Shown here: positions 36,058 through 46,166 of the stretch, one piece after another
Numbering within the stretch: the stretch's first letter is position 1
How the letters are laid out: each line of letters begins with the position of its first letter
Assembly (NCBI GenBank): GCA_964606065.1
Contig: CAZSEX010000001.1
Span: 959 to 64,958, forward strand
From: an uncultured bacterium
GTDB lineage: Bacteria; Hydrothermota; UBA3072
Direction of reading: 5' to 3'
DNA length: 64,000 bases
Made by a program: the position numbers and the translations under genes
The notes under the pieces: model-generated
Told to the model about the DNA's origin: nothing
The model's database searches: none
Seen by the model: only the letters and a program-made list of their open reading frames with translations

Positions 36058-38397
36058 CTATTTTAAAAATATCATCTTCTTCGAACCCGCATTCCCGTTT
36101 TCCGTTTGTATCTGATAAAAATACGCTCCGCTCGGGACTTTTTTCCCGTGTGAGTCCCTGCCATCCCATTCTGTGGTGTACACTCCCGGTTTTTTTACTC
36201 CGTTGACGAGTGTTCTTACCGCTCTACCGGTCAGGTCATATATTTTTAAAATTACATGAGCGTCTGACGAAAGTTCATATCTGATAACAGTTTTTTCTGT
36301 GAAAGGATTGGGGGCATTAGGATGGATGGTAAGCTTTATGGGAGAATTTCCATGGATTCCTCCGCTCGAACCAAATTCGAAAGCGCCGATATCCGCGGTA
36401 TCGCTTCGATAATTATTATCCGCGTCGACAAGTGTTACTAAAGGATAAATTCTATCGATCAGCGGAGAACCTTCCAATGGTCTTCCGATGGAATCCACCA
36501 TGGGGTCTCCAGTCGACACGTCGGTTCCGGGAGTCTCGCTATAAAACTCCCAGCCGGCTTCATGTAAAAAATGATTGCTTTCCCAGGATGACAATTCAAC
36601 ACCGGGAGCGTCAGGATCCCCCCCATTATCATCGCCTAACGAAGCATTTAATTCAACATCGAAGAAACTATTTCCTCTAACGTCAAAATTCACAATGTTA
36701 AGGGGATAACTACCGCTATTGTCGCCGTCATTCCAGAAATTAAACTCTTCATTAAAAGTGTTATGCCACAGGAGCATATGATTCACGGAAATATACCAGG
36801 CATTATCCGCGAAATCCTTTGGATCGATGAGTTTTGTCTGCATATTTATAATCGCTGCTCCTTCCACAGGAGGATTGGCAAACCCGTCCGGAACGTTGGC
36901 GGATTGAGTCCTCGCGAAAATCCCCTGATATGTGGCGTTTATTGCGTTAAAGCCGTAAATTATCATATTGTGAGGAACAGGACGCCCCCACCACTGCCAG
37001 CAATCTGCATGAGCGCATCCTCCACCTTCGCAAACACCGTCTCTCGGGTCGATATCATAAGCATAGGCATTTATAACAAGAGGACTTCTGACAAAAGCAT
37101 CATCACCCACATGTTCGATTGTGATATTTCTCGCGAGTTTCGCCTCGTTCACAACCTTGCCCATGTTCGTAAAATAGCAATTCGTATACCATAGATGTTG
37201 CGAAGAGACAGGATTGGAAACCTCGTTAAATTTTGTATTACCTATGAGATCGCAGTCATCCACCCATAGATGGAATTTGTGTGTGTAAGCCGTCGATGCC
37301 GAAAAAACATCATTATAGGTGTTATCCGAAACAAGGGTTAAATCCTTAACGCGTACAAAATCTGTAGAAATAAAACTCCCGTCATAAATAGTAGTATTAT
37401 CCTTATTCCCTCCCAAATCGGGATTGGATGTTATGGTCAGCCATTCGTCTTTACTTAATATGCTGCCCCAAAAACCGCCATTCGATTGAGTATGTTCACC
37501 CGGGTTGAGCCTTATTATGCAACTGTTTATCTGTTCCCCGTATCCGTTGGAATTCATCCAGTCTTTTAAACCTACCATAGCGCCTCCGATTGTAGCATAA
37601 GGATGGTCGGAATTATTAACCACAGCGGACCCGTCGTCTCCGGAAACATCCACATAAGCGACAGGTCGGGGTAATGTCCCCTGAGGATTTACCAGCAAAA
37701 CTAAAGGATCCAGACCAAAACCTCTGCTGATAATAAAATGATCTCCAACCTCAGGTTCATAGTCTAAAGCGATCGGATCCGCCCCCCAACTCGAACCATA
37801 CTTAAAAGTCAGGGTGTTCGAAGTCGCCTCTATTATACTCTCATCGATACCATTCCACCACTCTTCTCCCGGAGGAAAGAATATTATATCGCTGTAAAGC
37901 ATACTTTCATCAAAAAGCCCGCCGCTTGTAACACTGCAAAAATAATTGTGCTCATTCCCCTCGCTTTCAATCCAGAGATCTATCCCGTATGTTGCTCCGA
38001 AAGAGTCCTCGATAATCCAATTTTTATCTCTGGTATCCCCATCATTTCCATAAACTGTAGCTTCTATTTCTATAGGACCGTCAGAGGTAAACTCGGACGC
38101 GGAAAGAGGAACCCAGTATTCGACAACACCAGTCCTCGGGTTGTATGTCATTTCATCCGCGACTTTAGATCCACCGGTATAACCCTGCCCGCTTATACTA
38201 AATTCTACCCTGTCGATACCTCCTTTTGAGAATGCGACAACACCGGCATTGAACGTTTCACCCTCAGAAATTCTCTGGTATGGAACAACATCGTATCGGG
38301 CGATAGGGGTTACAGCGAAAAGAGAATTTGAAAAGATGAAAAGCATGAGGACAGTAAAGCAGAGAATTCCCAGGTTAAAATATTTTTTAGATTTCAC
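36058..38397 (-). CDS. Large secreted protein with a T9SS (Por) C-terminal sorting domain. It may have a beta-helix or glycosidase-like region.
   Basis: Signal peptide, and C-terminal KIYDLTGRAVRTLVNG...SGAYFYQIQTENG...KKMIFLK, which is a type-A T9SS CTD. Confidence 0.65.
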   Translation of the reverse strand: MKSKKYFNLGILCFTVLMLFIFSNSLFAVTPIARYDVVPYQRISEGETFNAGVVAFSKGGIDRVEFSISGQGYTGGSKVADEMTYNPRTGVVEYWVPLSASEFTSDGPIEIEATVYGNDGDTRDKNWIIEDSFGATYGIDLWIESEGNEHNYFCSVTSGGLFDESMLYSDIIFFPPGEEWWNGIDESIIEATSNTLTFKYGSSWGADPIALDYEPEVGDHFIISRGFGLDPLVLLVNPQGTLPRPVAYVDVSGDDGSAVVNNSDHPYATIGGAMVGLKDWMNSNGYGEQINSCIIRLNPGEHTQSNGGFWGSILSKDEWLTITSNPDLGGNKDNTTIYDGSFISTDFVRVKDLTLVSDNTYNDVFSASTAYTHKFHLWVDDCDLIGNTKFNEVSNPVSSQHLWYTNCYFTNMGKVVNEAKLARNITIEHVGDDAFVRSPLVINAYAYDIDPRDGVCEGGGCAHADCWQWWGRPVPHNMIIYGFNAINATYQGIFARTQSANVPDGFANPPVEGAAIINMQTKLIDPKDFADNAWYISVNHMLLWHNTFNEEFNFWNDGDNSGSYPLNIVNFDVRGNSFFDVELNASLGDDNGGDPDAPGVELSSWESNHFLHEAGWEFYSETPGTDVSTGDPMVDSIGRPLEGSPLIDRIYPLVTLVDADNNYRSDTADIGAFEFGSSGGIHGNSPIKLTIHPNAPNPFTEKTVIRYELSSDAHVILKIYDLTGRAVRTLVNGVKKPGVYTTEWDGRDSHGKKVPSGAYFYQIQTENGNAGSKKMIFLK

Positions 38398-38876
38398 CGG
38401 TTATATTATAATTAAAAACGGGAAATGTCAAGGAAAAAGTTTCGAGTCATTAATCACCTGTCGCCTGCCATCAGTCAAAATAAATATTCGTGCTATTTGT
38501 GTTATTTGTTGTTACTAATTTGTTAATGGGTTGGTGCGCGGGTCGATTGGTGGTTAAAAGCAACAGCTCAATCGACTAACCGACCCACAGACGAACATTT
38601 TAAATTTTCTTTGTGGGTTTTGCGTGAGAATTAATTCGGTGATGTGGGATGGGTCTTAAACAACAGAATAAATCCTGTTAAATCCGAGTTTATCCGCGAC
38701 CCGACAATCAATCATTCGGATTGGTGATTCGTTAAATTATTGAATGGTTTCTTAAGATTTTGGATTTAGAGATAGGAATTTAATTGAAACACAAAATAAA
38801 AACTACTATTCCTGAATGTTTTACATGCGATATTGGCAGCGGTAAACCAATAGACGATTATACCCGTCTATCTCTA

Positions 38877-39569
38877 TTATCTATACCTGATTTTTCCCTG
38901 AAGAGATTTTTTAACAAACATTAAAATATTCAACGAAATTAAAGCGTAAAAAACAAGATTTAAAACAAAACTTAAAGACATCCAAAAAAGAAAAGCTGAA
39001 AAGACAAAAACACCTATCAGTAAACAATAGACCGGTTTAAAACCGATAATTTCCCTACTCTGTTTTTTATTAATTTCATATTCCATTTCTTTAATTTCCC
39101 TTTCAACGGTAGTAAGAACGTTCTCTTTTGTTAACTCACGTACTTTTTTAAAACTTTTCAAAGCATTTTGATAGTCTTTTATTTCTTTATACAAATAGCC
39201 TAATCTTAAAAAAAGGCCGGAATTATCTCCATTATTTTCAATATAGTTTTTAACTTCATCAATTTCTTTCCTGCTTTCCTTTAATCTCTCCTCTTCTAAT
39301 TTTCGGTCGCTCCTATTTCTTTGATATATTATAATCGGGATAGTAATTAAACATAGAGAACAAACGACTTCATATCCTTTAAATTTAGCAAAGAAAGCGA
39401 ATATAAATAGTATCACACAAAGAAAAAAAATTATGAATAATCTTGTGTCCTCAAATATTTCTCCAAAGTAAAAGCCTTCCCATAAAAAGAAAAAAAACAA
39501 AATATATAATATAAAAGTTTCTATAATCCATAAAATAAAAGAGACAACAAGTAAAACCGCGATACCCAT
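38877..39569 (-). CDS. Hypothetical membrane protein with a central coiled-coil/TPR-like segment.
   Basis: Hydrophobic N- and C-terminal segments. No catalytic motif. Confidence 0.4.
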   Translation of the reverse strand: MGIAVLLVVSFILWIIETFILYILFFFFLWEGFYFGEIFEDTRLFIIFFLCVILFIFAFFAKFKGYEVVCSLCLITIPIIIYQRNRSDRKLEEERLKESRKEIDEVKNYIENNGDNSGLFLRLGYLYKEIKDYQNALKSFKKVRELTKENVLTTVEREIKEMEYEINKKQSREIIGFKPVYCLLIGVFVFSAFLFWMSLSFVLNLVFYALISLNILMFVKKSLQGKIRYR

Positions 39570-39804
39570 TTCTTATATAATATCAATTTCTTTGCTATAA
39601 GTCAATAAGGCTTATCGATGTATTTATTAAGTTGATAGTCTGAAGTCAATGATCGACAGCAATAACTGATGGTACTTCTAAACAAAGAAGTTTTACTAAT
39701 CTGCGTCCATATTAGAATTTAGAATTTTGAATATTGAGCTTAGTAAAAAACTAAAACAAAACTATACCATCTACATGTCCGACATTTAAATATTTTGGGT
39801 GGTT

Positions 39805-39925
39805 AAAAACAACATAAAATTTTTCTTTGCGTCTTTGTGCTCTTTGTGTGAAAATGATTTTTTGGAGGTTGGGATGGGTTTTAAAACAAACAAAATTTTA
39901 ATTGTTTTCTCTGTATCTCCGTGAG
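39805..39925. repeat. Direct repeat A (about 120 bp) flanking the ferritin-like gene. It contains GGAGGttgggATG and a 16-codon mini-ORF.
   Basis: About 95% identical to 40326-40457. Partial relatives lie at 38590-38650 and 12571-12660. Confidence 0.7.
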
Positions 39926-39984
39926 AATAAAATCCCTTTGACAAAAACACAAAAAAACTTATAATACAACAAAAAGGAGGGAAT

Positions 39985-40287
39985 ATGCCGGAATTTGGTT
40001 CACCATTTTCAGGTCTCGCGAATGACAGAAAACTTACCGACGAAGAACTAATCAGAGCGATAAGATTCATGATAGCCGCTGAATACGAAGCAATTCAACT
40101 CTACATGCAGCTGGCCGAATCCACCGATAACAAACTTGCGATAGAAGTGTTGAAAGACATAGCGGATGAAGAAAGGGTTCACGCGGGTGAATTCCTGCGA
40201 TTGCTTCATGAACTCGCTCCCGATGAGAAGGATTTTTACGATGAAGGAATGGAGGAAGTAGAGGAAGAGATAAAAGAACTGAAGTAG
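39985..40287 (+). CDS. Small ferritin-like / rubrerythrin-family half-domain protein.
   Basis: AAEYEAIQLYMQLAE ... DIADEERVHAGEF fits the E-x-x-H di-iron helix-pair signature. RBS aaaggaggg lies before the ATG. Confidence 0.55.
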   Translation: MPEFGSPFSGLANDRKLTDEELIRAIRFMIAAEYEAIQLYMQLAESTDNKLAIEVLKDIADEERVHAGEFLRLLHELAPDEKDFYDEGMEEVEEEIKELK

Positions 40288-40325
40288 AATTCCACGCCTT
40301 TATCGCGACGGGAGTGAATATTGGG

Positions 40326-40457
40326 GAAAAACAACATAAAATTTTTCTTTGTGCCTTTGTGTTCTTTGTGTGAAAATGATTTTTTGGAGGTTGGGATGGG
40401 TTTTAAACAAACAAAATTTTAGTTGTTTTCTCTGTATCCTCCGTGTCTCCGTGTGAG
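40326..40457. repeat. Direct repeat B, a copy of 39805-39925.
   Basis: See repeat A. A 1-nt deletion truncates the mini-ORF. Confidence 0.7.
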
Positions 40458-40458
40458 A

Positions 40459-41166
40459 CTATTTCGGTATCACGAGCGCGGCGGCGGTCGAGTCTATCCA
40501 CCCGCCTTCTCCGGAACAAAAATGCACAAGCCACCATCCGCTGTCTTCTCTGACCAGAGAACCTTCTTCCGCTTTGTCCACTCGCATAAGCTCTTTGAAT
40601 TCTTCATTGGGACCGCTGTATGCCATGGTGGTGGCTGTTGTAACCACCCATCCGGATTTAACTCTGCCGTACCATATCGAAAAACCAAGAAGGGAAAAAA
40701 TAAAAAACATACCGGCCAAAATCAGAAATGGGTTAGCGGGAAAATTAATAAATTTTACCGTTTGAATAAGGCGGATTGAAACAAGAACGCCCAGGAGAGT
40801 AAAAGATATAATTAACAGGTAGGAAAAAACTCTAAGAGAAATTCTGTCGATGATTTGAGAAAAGAAAGAAATGAATGGATTTGGATTCGCTTCTTCTTTT
40901 TTAAAAAGGGAAATATTTTGAAGGATATTTTCATTAGAGGGATTGAGAAACCATCCCCTTCTGTAATATAGAAGACTCCTGCCGAAATCGCCTATTCGAT
41001 AGTAACAATTTCCTATATTTAAATACAATTCGGCGTTTCGAATTCCCCTGTCAATAAATGTACAGTATTCTTCGAGAGCTTTTTCGTATTGACCATCTTT
41101 ATAATATTCTTCAGCGGTTCGGGCTTGAGTTTGAGAGAAAATTAATAAAAGGCTAATGTAAAGCAT
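40459..41166 (-). CDS. batE: BatE-like TPR plus SH3-domain membrane protein (last gene of the Bat operon).
   Basis: N-terminal TPRs, TM helices, and a C-terminal SH3-like segment (GSLVREDSGWWLVHF). Bat operon context. Confidence 0.55.
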   Translation of the reverse strand: MLYISLLLIFSQTQARTAEEYYKDGQYEKALEEYCTFIDRGIRNAELYLNIGNCYYRIGDFGRSLLYYRRGWFLNPSNENILQNISLFKKEEANPNPFISFFSQIIDRISLRVFSYLLIISFTLLGVLVSIRLIQTVKFINFPANPFLILAGMFFIFSLLGFSIWYGRVKSGWVVTTATTMAYSGPNEEFKELMRVDKAEEGSLVREDSGWWLVHFCSGEGGWIDSTAAALVIPK

Positions 41167-42862
41167 TGATAACCTCTCTGAGATTCTTTAAATCTCCAGA
41201 CATCTCTTCTTCTGTTGGTTTTAAAGATGTAAAGCGTACCGTTTCGCTTTTCACCATTATTTCTTCAATTAAGTCGAGGACTTTATCGGGAACTTTTTTG
41301 TCACGTAGTTTAGAAAGAAGTTCTTTCTTTTTTATCCCGAAAACATTCAAATGAAATTTTAGTTTGATGAATTTGAGGAGAACAAGGGTAAAATCTTCAT
41401 AAAATTGAATAACATTATTGTTCTGTATTTCTTTCTCCAATTTTCTGAAACCGCTTTTCAATTGCCTGGGTATAGCTTTTAAACTCGCGTACCGCCTGTC
41501 TCCCAGGATCTTTCGGATATCTATTACATAATAAACGGCAAATATCATGAATATAATCGATGGTATAAAATATAGAGGAAAAAATTTGGGGATCAGAGAA
41601 ATATTTTTTTCACTGATGGGTAAAATATAGGAAATGTCTTTATTCGATTTAGTGGTTTCCTGTCCCGAAGAACTTATTTCATCCGTTGGTCTCGCATGAA
41701 TCTGCCACGGACCTATTTTCCTGCTTGCAAATTTTTTCTTTTGAATACCGAAATAAGCCCAATCTATCTTCGGAACCTCGATTATTCCGGAAACTTTTGG
41801 AGTTATAAGATAGGTGAAAACGCGTTCGCCTTTCAAAGTCCCGTCCGATATTTTAGTATTTGTCGAAGATTCAGGAGGATAAGCGGTAAGTTTTCTCGAT
41901 TCCGGAAATTTCGGAGCAGAAAGCAAATTCAAGTTTCCTTTTCCCCTGATAATTATTTTCAAGGAAAAAGGAGAATCGACCCGGATATTAGAGGTATCTA
42001 TTTCTGCCGAAATATCTAAGTCCCCAACCGCGTCTATGAATCCTGCCGGACTGTTTGAAGGGAAAGATTTTACCGATATTGTTCTGGGTTCGGTCGAAAG
42101 AGTTTTTCTCTCCCCAAAAAACGAAAACATATCTCCTCTTATTACAACCTGTACTGAAAAAGGATTGATTTTGACATCGTTTTCTCCGAGAGGGAACAAA
42201 AGGTCCTGTTTTATAAGCGCTCTCTGGTAGCGTATTCCGTTTTTTGTTGCTGCTGTAAAGTTTAATCTTGTCGGGGATTGGACGTTTTCGATCCAGGCGT
42301 TCTCATAGGTCGGAGGTCCGGACAACTGTACGTCGGATAAAGAGGTTTTTACGTAAAGATAATGAGATACAAGGATTGGCTCTCCCGGATAGACCGAGCT
42401 TTTAGATACTGCCGTTTCCAGAAAAGTCGACCGGAAGTCTCTTGTCTCATCTCTGAAATCATGGATTCTGCTCGGCGAGGTGGAAGAGGACGGAACGCTT
42501 CTGCCGGTTGTACCCTTTTTTACATTAATCGTTATGGGTTCGGTAGAATATTTCTTTCCCTGATATTTCAATGTGAAAGGAGGAATCGTGTATTTGCCTT
42601 CCTTTTCGGCAATCATCTGGTAGTCGTATATGTAGCTCGTGGATTTCGAGAGCTTCCCGTTTACAAAATTGATTTGAGTGGATTGTGACCTTGAAGTACC
42701 CAGAACATCTATTCCCGGTATGCTCGGAGCGGAAGGAATTTCAACTCCTGAAAGGTCTTCTCCTTCGACAATTACGCTGACGTTAAATGATTCTCCAACA
42801 GGAACCGTTGTTTGATCCACCGAAGCGGTAAAAGTCAGAGAAAGCAGTATCAGTATCACCAT
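41153..42862 (-). CDS. batD: BatD-like protein.
   Basis: About 570 aa with a signal peptide and a C-terminal TM helix. It sits between BatC (TPR) and BatE. Confidence 0.55.
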   Translation of the reverse strand: MVILILLSLTFTASVDQTTVPVGESFNVSVIVEGEDLSGVEIPSAPSIPGIDVLGTSRSQSTQINFVNGKLSKSTSYIYDYQMIAEKEGKYTIPPFTLKYQGKKYSTEPITINVKKGTTGRSVPSSSTSPSRIHDFRDETRDFRSTFLETAVSKSSVYPGEPILVSHYLYVKTSLSDVQLSGPPTYENAWIENVQSPTRLNFTAATKNGIRYQRALIKQDLLFPLGENDVKINPFSVQVVIRGDMFSFFGERKTLSTEPRTISVKSFPSNSPAGFIDAVGDLDISAEIDTSNIRVDSPFSLKIIIRGKGNLNLLSAPKFPESRKLTAYPPESSTNTKISDGTLKGERVFTYLITPKVSGIIEVPKIDWAYFGIQKKKFASRKIGPWQIHARPTDEISSSGQETTKSNKDISYILPISEKNISLIPKFFPLYFIPSIIFMIFAVYYVIDIRKILGDRRYASLKAIPRQLKSGFRKLEKEIQNNNVIQFYEDFTLVLLKFIKLKFHLNVFGIKKKELLSKLRDKKVPDKVLDLIEEIMVKSETVRFTSLKPTEEEMSGDLKNLREVINALH

Positions 42863-43431
42863 TTGCCGGCTCCTTCTTGTCTCCCTCCTTTACGCTGAAG
42901 GGCTTTTTTCATTGTTTCTTTCTGTTCGTTTTCCAGAGCCTCGTTTATTTTCTTCTGAGCGGAGGTTTTAGGCTGTTGTTGCTGTTGTTGTTTCTGTTTT
43001 TGTTGTTTATCTTCTTTTTCTTTATCCTGGTTTTTCTCCTGCTGTTGCTTCATCATTTTGGCTATTTCCAGATTTCTTTTAGCCCGTTTATCTTTCGGGT
43101 TCAGCAACAGAGCCTGTTTATAAGAAGAAATAGCCTGTTCGTACTGCCTGGCTTCCATGAAAACATTGCCAAGATTATAAAAGCTTTTCTGTTTTATCTC
43201 CTTATTTTTGGATGTGGTCAATCTCGCAAATTCGTCGCCCGCTTCTCTGTATCTTTTTAGCATATACGCACAGTCAGCTAAATTGAATTTAATTTTTTCC
43301 TTGTCCGGATATAGTATCGAGGCATCTTTGTATATTTCGTAAGCTTCTTCATATTTTTCTTTCCGGTACAGTTTATTGGCTTTATTTACCAAAGGAGACA
43401 TATCAAGAGCTATTAAAAAAATAAGAATCAT
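42856..43431 (-). CDS. batC: BatC-like TPR protein with a Gln/Lys-rich C-terminal tail.
   Basis: TPR repeats, a KQQQEKNQDKEKEDKQQKQKQQQQQQ tail, and operon context. Confidence 0.55.
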   Translation of the reverse strand: MILIFLIALDMSPLVNKANKLYRKEKYEEAYEIYKDASILYPDKEKIKFNLADCAYMLKRYREAGDEFARLTTSKNKEIKQKSFYNLGNVFMEARQYEQAISSYKQALLLNPKDKRAKRNLEIAKMMKQQQEKNQDKEKEDKQQKQKQQQQQQPKTSAQKKINEALENEQKETMKKALQRKGGRQEGAGKW

Positions 43432-44417
43432 TTTTCCTCCGTTTTTAAAAGGGCTGCGGCTATAAGAAATAAAAGTGCGGGTATCAGGAAAAAGATAAAT
43501 TTTTCCTGGTAGTGTTCGACTTTTTCAGAAGAAAATTCTCCGGTCCTGAGACCCCTAAAGAGTCTTATTAAAATTCCTAATTCGACTCCTTCTCCTTCTA
43601 AGAAAGTTCCATCTCCGGATCGCGCCACTAATTTTAGCAAATCCTGGTTTACAATGGAAATATGGGGCTTGCCGTTTTCGTCTTTCAGATATTCCTGAAA
43701 TTTTCCTGTCGAATCAAATCTGGGAATAGGAGCGCCCTCTTTTGTTCCCGCGGATATCGTGAAAACTTTTATTCCTTCTTTTCTGGCGTTTAAGGCATCC
43801 ACTCTCGGATCTCCTCTGGTGTTTTCTCCGTCTGATACCAGTATAATGATTCTCGAACCGCTGATCTTTTCCGGGAACAATTCCATGGATTTTCTTATAG
43901 CTCCTCCTATGTCCGTTCCTTCTGAAGGGATTAGAGAAGGTTCAACAAGGTCAACAAACAACTTGAAAACGTTTGCGTCCGTGGTTAAAGGACATAATTT
44001 GTAAGCTTCTCCCGAAAAAGCCACCAGACCGAAACGGCTTCCCGGTAATTGCCCCAGTGCCGCTTTAATAGATTCTTTGGCTTTGTTAAGACGTCCTCCT
44101 TTTACGTCCTGAGCGAGCATGCTTGAAGACGCGTCAAGAGCGAAAACCACATTATATCCTTCCGCCTGAGTAATCGAAAGTCTTTTGCCCCATCTCGGTC
44201 TGGCAAGAGACAGAATCAAAAAGGTTAGTGAAGATATAAGTAAAATTTCTTTCCAGAGAGAAATTTTTCTGTTTTCTTTCCAGATGACCTCGCGCAGGGG
44301 CGCGTCCGCGACGTTTTTCATAATTCTTTTGTTTCTGATTCGCCGGTAAAAAACCAGAATTATCGCGATAGAAACGAACCAGAGAAAATGCAAAAATAAA
44401 GGTTGCGCCCAGTTCAT
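43428..44417 (-). CDS. batB: VWA-domain protein BatB.
   Basis: VWA MIDAS motif DASSSM, and two N-terminal TM helices. Confidence 0.7.
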   Translation of the reverse strand: MNWAQPLFLHFLWFVSIAIILVFYRRIRNKRIMKNVADAPLREVIWKENRKISLWKEILLISSLTFLILSLARPRWGKRLSITQAEGYNVVFALDASSSMLAQDVKGGRLNKAKESIKAALGQLPGSRFGLVAFSGEAYKLCPLTTDANVFKLFVDLVEPSLIPSEGTDIGGAIRKSMELFPEKISGSRIIILVSDGENTRGDPRVDALNARKEGIKVFTISAGTKEGAPIPRFDSTGKFQEYLKDENGKPHISIVNQDLLKLVARSGDGTFLEGEGVELGILIRLFRGLRTGEFSSEKVEHYQEKFIFFLIPALLFLIAAALLKTEEK

Positions 44418-45385
44418 GGTATTCTCCTTCCTGCTACAGGCTCAATGAAAATAATCATAAATAAAATCAGAGCGGGGATTAAAACAAAATTTAATTTTTC
44501 TTTATACTTTGCCAATTTTTCTACTTTAAAAATCGTTTTTTCCATCTGGTCTATTGTTTTGTATATATTCTTGAGAGCTTCGCCAGAAGTGGCACGGAAA
44601 TATTCTCCGCCCGTTTCATCCGCGATTTTGGTAAGAATTTCTTCGTTTATTTCAAAATTAGCTTTTACATACCTGGTAATTCCAAAAGCGTTCCGAACAG
44701 GATAAGGCACCTCGCCTCTTTCGCCGATTCCGATAGCATAAATCTTAATACCGGAATCCAGAGCGTTTTTTGCGGCTGTTTCCGGATCGATATTTCCTGC
44801 GTTGTTTCTGCCGTCGGTTAAGAGAATGATAACTTTGTTTTTGCTGGTAGAATTCGAGAGAAGGAAATTACCATATGTTATCCCCATCCCTATGGCGGTG
44901 CCGTCGGGCAAAAGATCGAATTCGAGAGACTCGATCTGTTCTTTGACTAAATCATGATCGAGAGTCAGGGGAGCCTGTATCAATGCTTCCCGCGCGAACA
45001 CTACCAGACCTATTCTATCTCCGCTTCTCATATCCACAAATTCGGCTGCGAGTTCTTTCGCCTTTTCCATTCGGTTGGGTTTGAAATCGGCGGCTTTCAT
45101 GGATCCGGAAATATCCATGGACAAAACAATATCTATTCCCTTTTTGTGTATTATTTGGGTTTCGTACCCCTTTTGAGGTCGGGCAAGACCTAAAAGGGTA
45201 AATGCCATAATTACTAATATTAAATACTCTCTGAGATTGGTGTATAATTCACCCGCGGGTTTAATACCGACCGAAGAAGTATCTGAATAAAGTATAGAGC
45301 TTTGTTTTCTTTTCCTGTTTAAAAAAAAGAAAAGAGGCAGTAAGACAAGCCCGAGAAGATAATAGGGATTATTAAAGTGCAGCAT
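44414..45385 (-). CDS. batA: VWA-domain protein BatA.
   Basis: VWA MIDAS motif DISGSM, and an N-terminus like BatA (NPYYLLGLVLLPLFF). Confidence 0.7.
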   Translation of the reverse strand: MLHFNNPYYLLGLVLLPLFFFLNRKRKQSSILYSDTSSVGIKPAGELYTNLREYLILVIMAFTLLGLARPQKGYETQIIHKKGIDIVLSMDISGSMKAADFKPNRMEKAKELAAEFVDMRSGDRIGLVVFAREALIQAPLTLDHDLVKEQIESLEFDLLPDGTAIGMGITYGNFLLSNSTSKNKVIILLTDGRNNAGNIDPETAAKNALDSGIKIYAIGIGERGEVPYPVRNAFGITRYVKANFEINEEILTKIADETGGEYFRATSGEALKNIYKTIDQMEKTIFKVEKLAKYKEKLNFVLIPALILFMIIFIEPVAGRRIP

Positions 45386-46166
45386 CGGATTGCTTCTCCT
45401 CTTCTTCCACCCTGTCTATTACTGTACGAACCAGAGCGATGTCCTTATCGAATTGTTCCGGTGTCGATTCATGGTCGGCGAATTTTATCAAATCCCATTC
45501 GGGGAATTGTCTGGTTAAAGGAAAAAGCAAAGAAAAACCTTTTTTCTTTATTAAAGGAATCAGTTCGGATGTCGTAGCCTCAACAGCGGGAATACTCTTT
45601 TTTCTCTCTATGTACCTTCTGCAAATGTAAGAAAGAGAAGTATAAAGTTTGTTCCAATCCCATTCTTTTGTTTTTCCTTCCAGGATTTTTAGATTCCTGA
45701 GAGCTTCTTCCTCCGGTTCCAGCTTTTCCTCTTCTATCAGAGCGATTTCACTCTTTTTTAATTTTTTAAATAAAAGATAGGCTATTAAACCGATTGGAAT
45801 AACAAACAGATATAAAAGGTAATGCCAGTTGAAAAATCCAAAGGGTCCCCATACAGGAGAGATACCTTTGTTTTCAGGTTCCAGGACCGAACCGACGAGA
45901 TAATTCGCCTTTAACGTATCGTTATTAACTTTTAGCTTAAAATCCTGGCTGCCGGTCGAGAACGAAGTAAACTTGACCATTGCCGTAGTATCTGTGAGTC
46001 TTGTTAGTGAATCAAGGATTGCTATGTCGGGAAAAGAATCCGGCATAATAACCGAGAGTGTCCCGGGTAATTTCCCTTTTACGGTTGCGGTTATCGTGTC
46101 CCCCACGGTTAAAGAATCCGGGTTTATTGTCAGAATTAAAGCCGAGAAAAGATAAGGTAAAATCAA
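45372..46166 (-). CDS. Hypothetical membrane protein of the Bat operon (DUF4381-like position).
   Basis: Position between the DUF58 and BatA genes. A single TM helix. Confidence 0.4.
   Translation of the reverse strand: MILPYLFSALILTINPDSLTVGDTITATVKGKLPGTLSVIMPDSFPDIAILDSLTRLTDTTAMVKFTSFSTGSQDFKLKVNNDTLKANYLVGSVLEPENKGISPVWGPFGFFNWHYLLYLFVIPIGLIAYLLFKKLKKSEIALIEEEKLEPEEEALRNLKILEGKTKEWDWNKLYTSLSYICRRYIERKKSIPAVEATTSELIPLIKKKGFSLLFPLTRQFPEWDLIKFADHESTPEQFDKDIALVRTVIDRVEEEEKQSDAAL

Noticed and set aside
39786-40070. A 94-aa minus-strand ORF overlapping the ferritin-like gene and direct repeat A.
   Set aside because: It is antisense to a gene with a clear RBS and ferritin-like motifs, and runs into the repeat. 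It is probably spurious.
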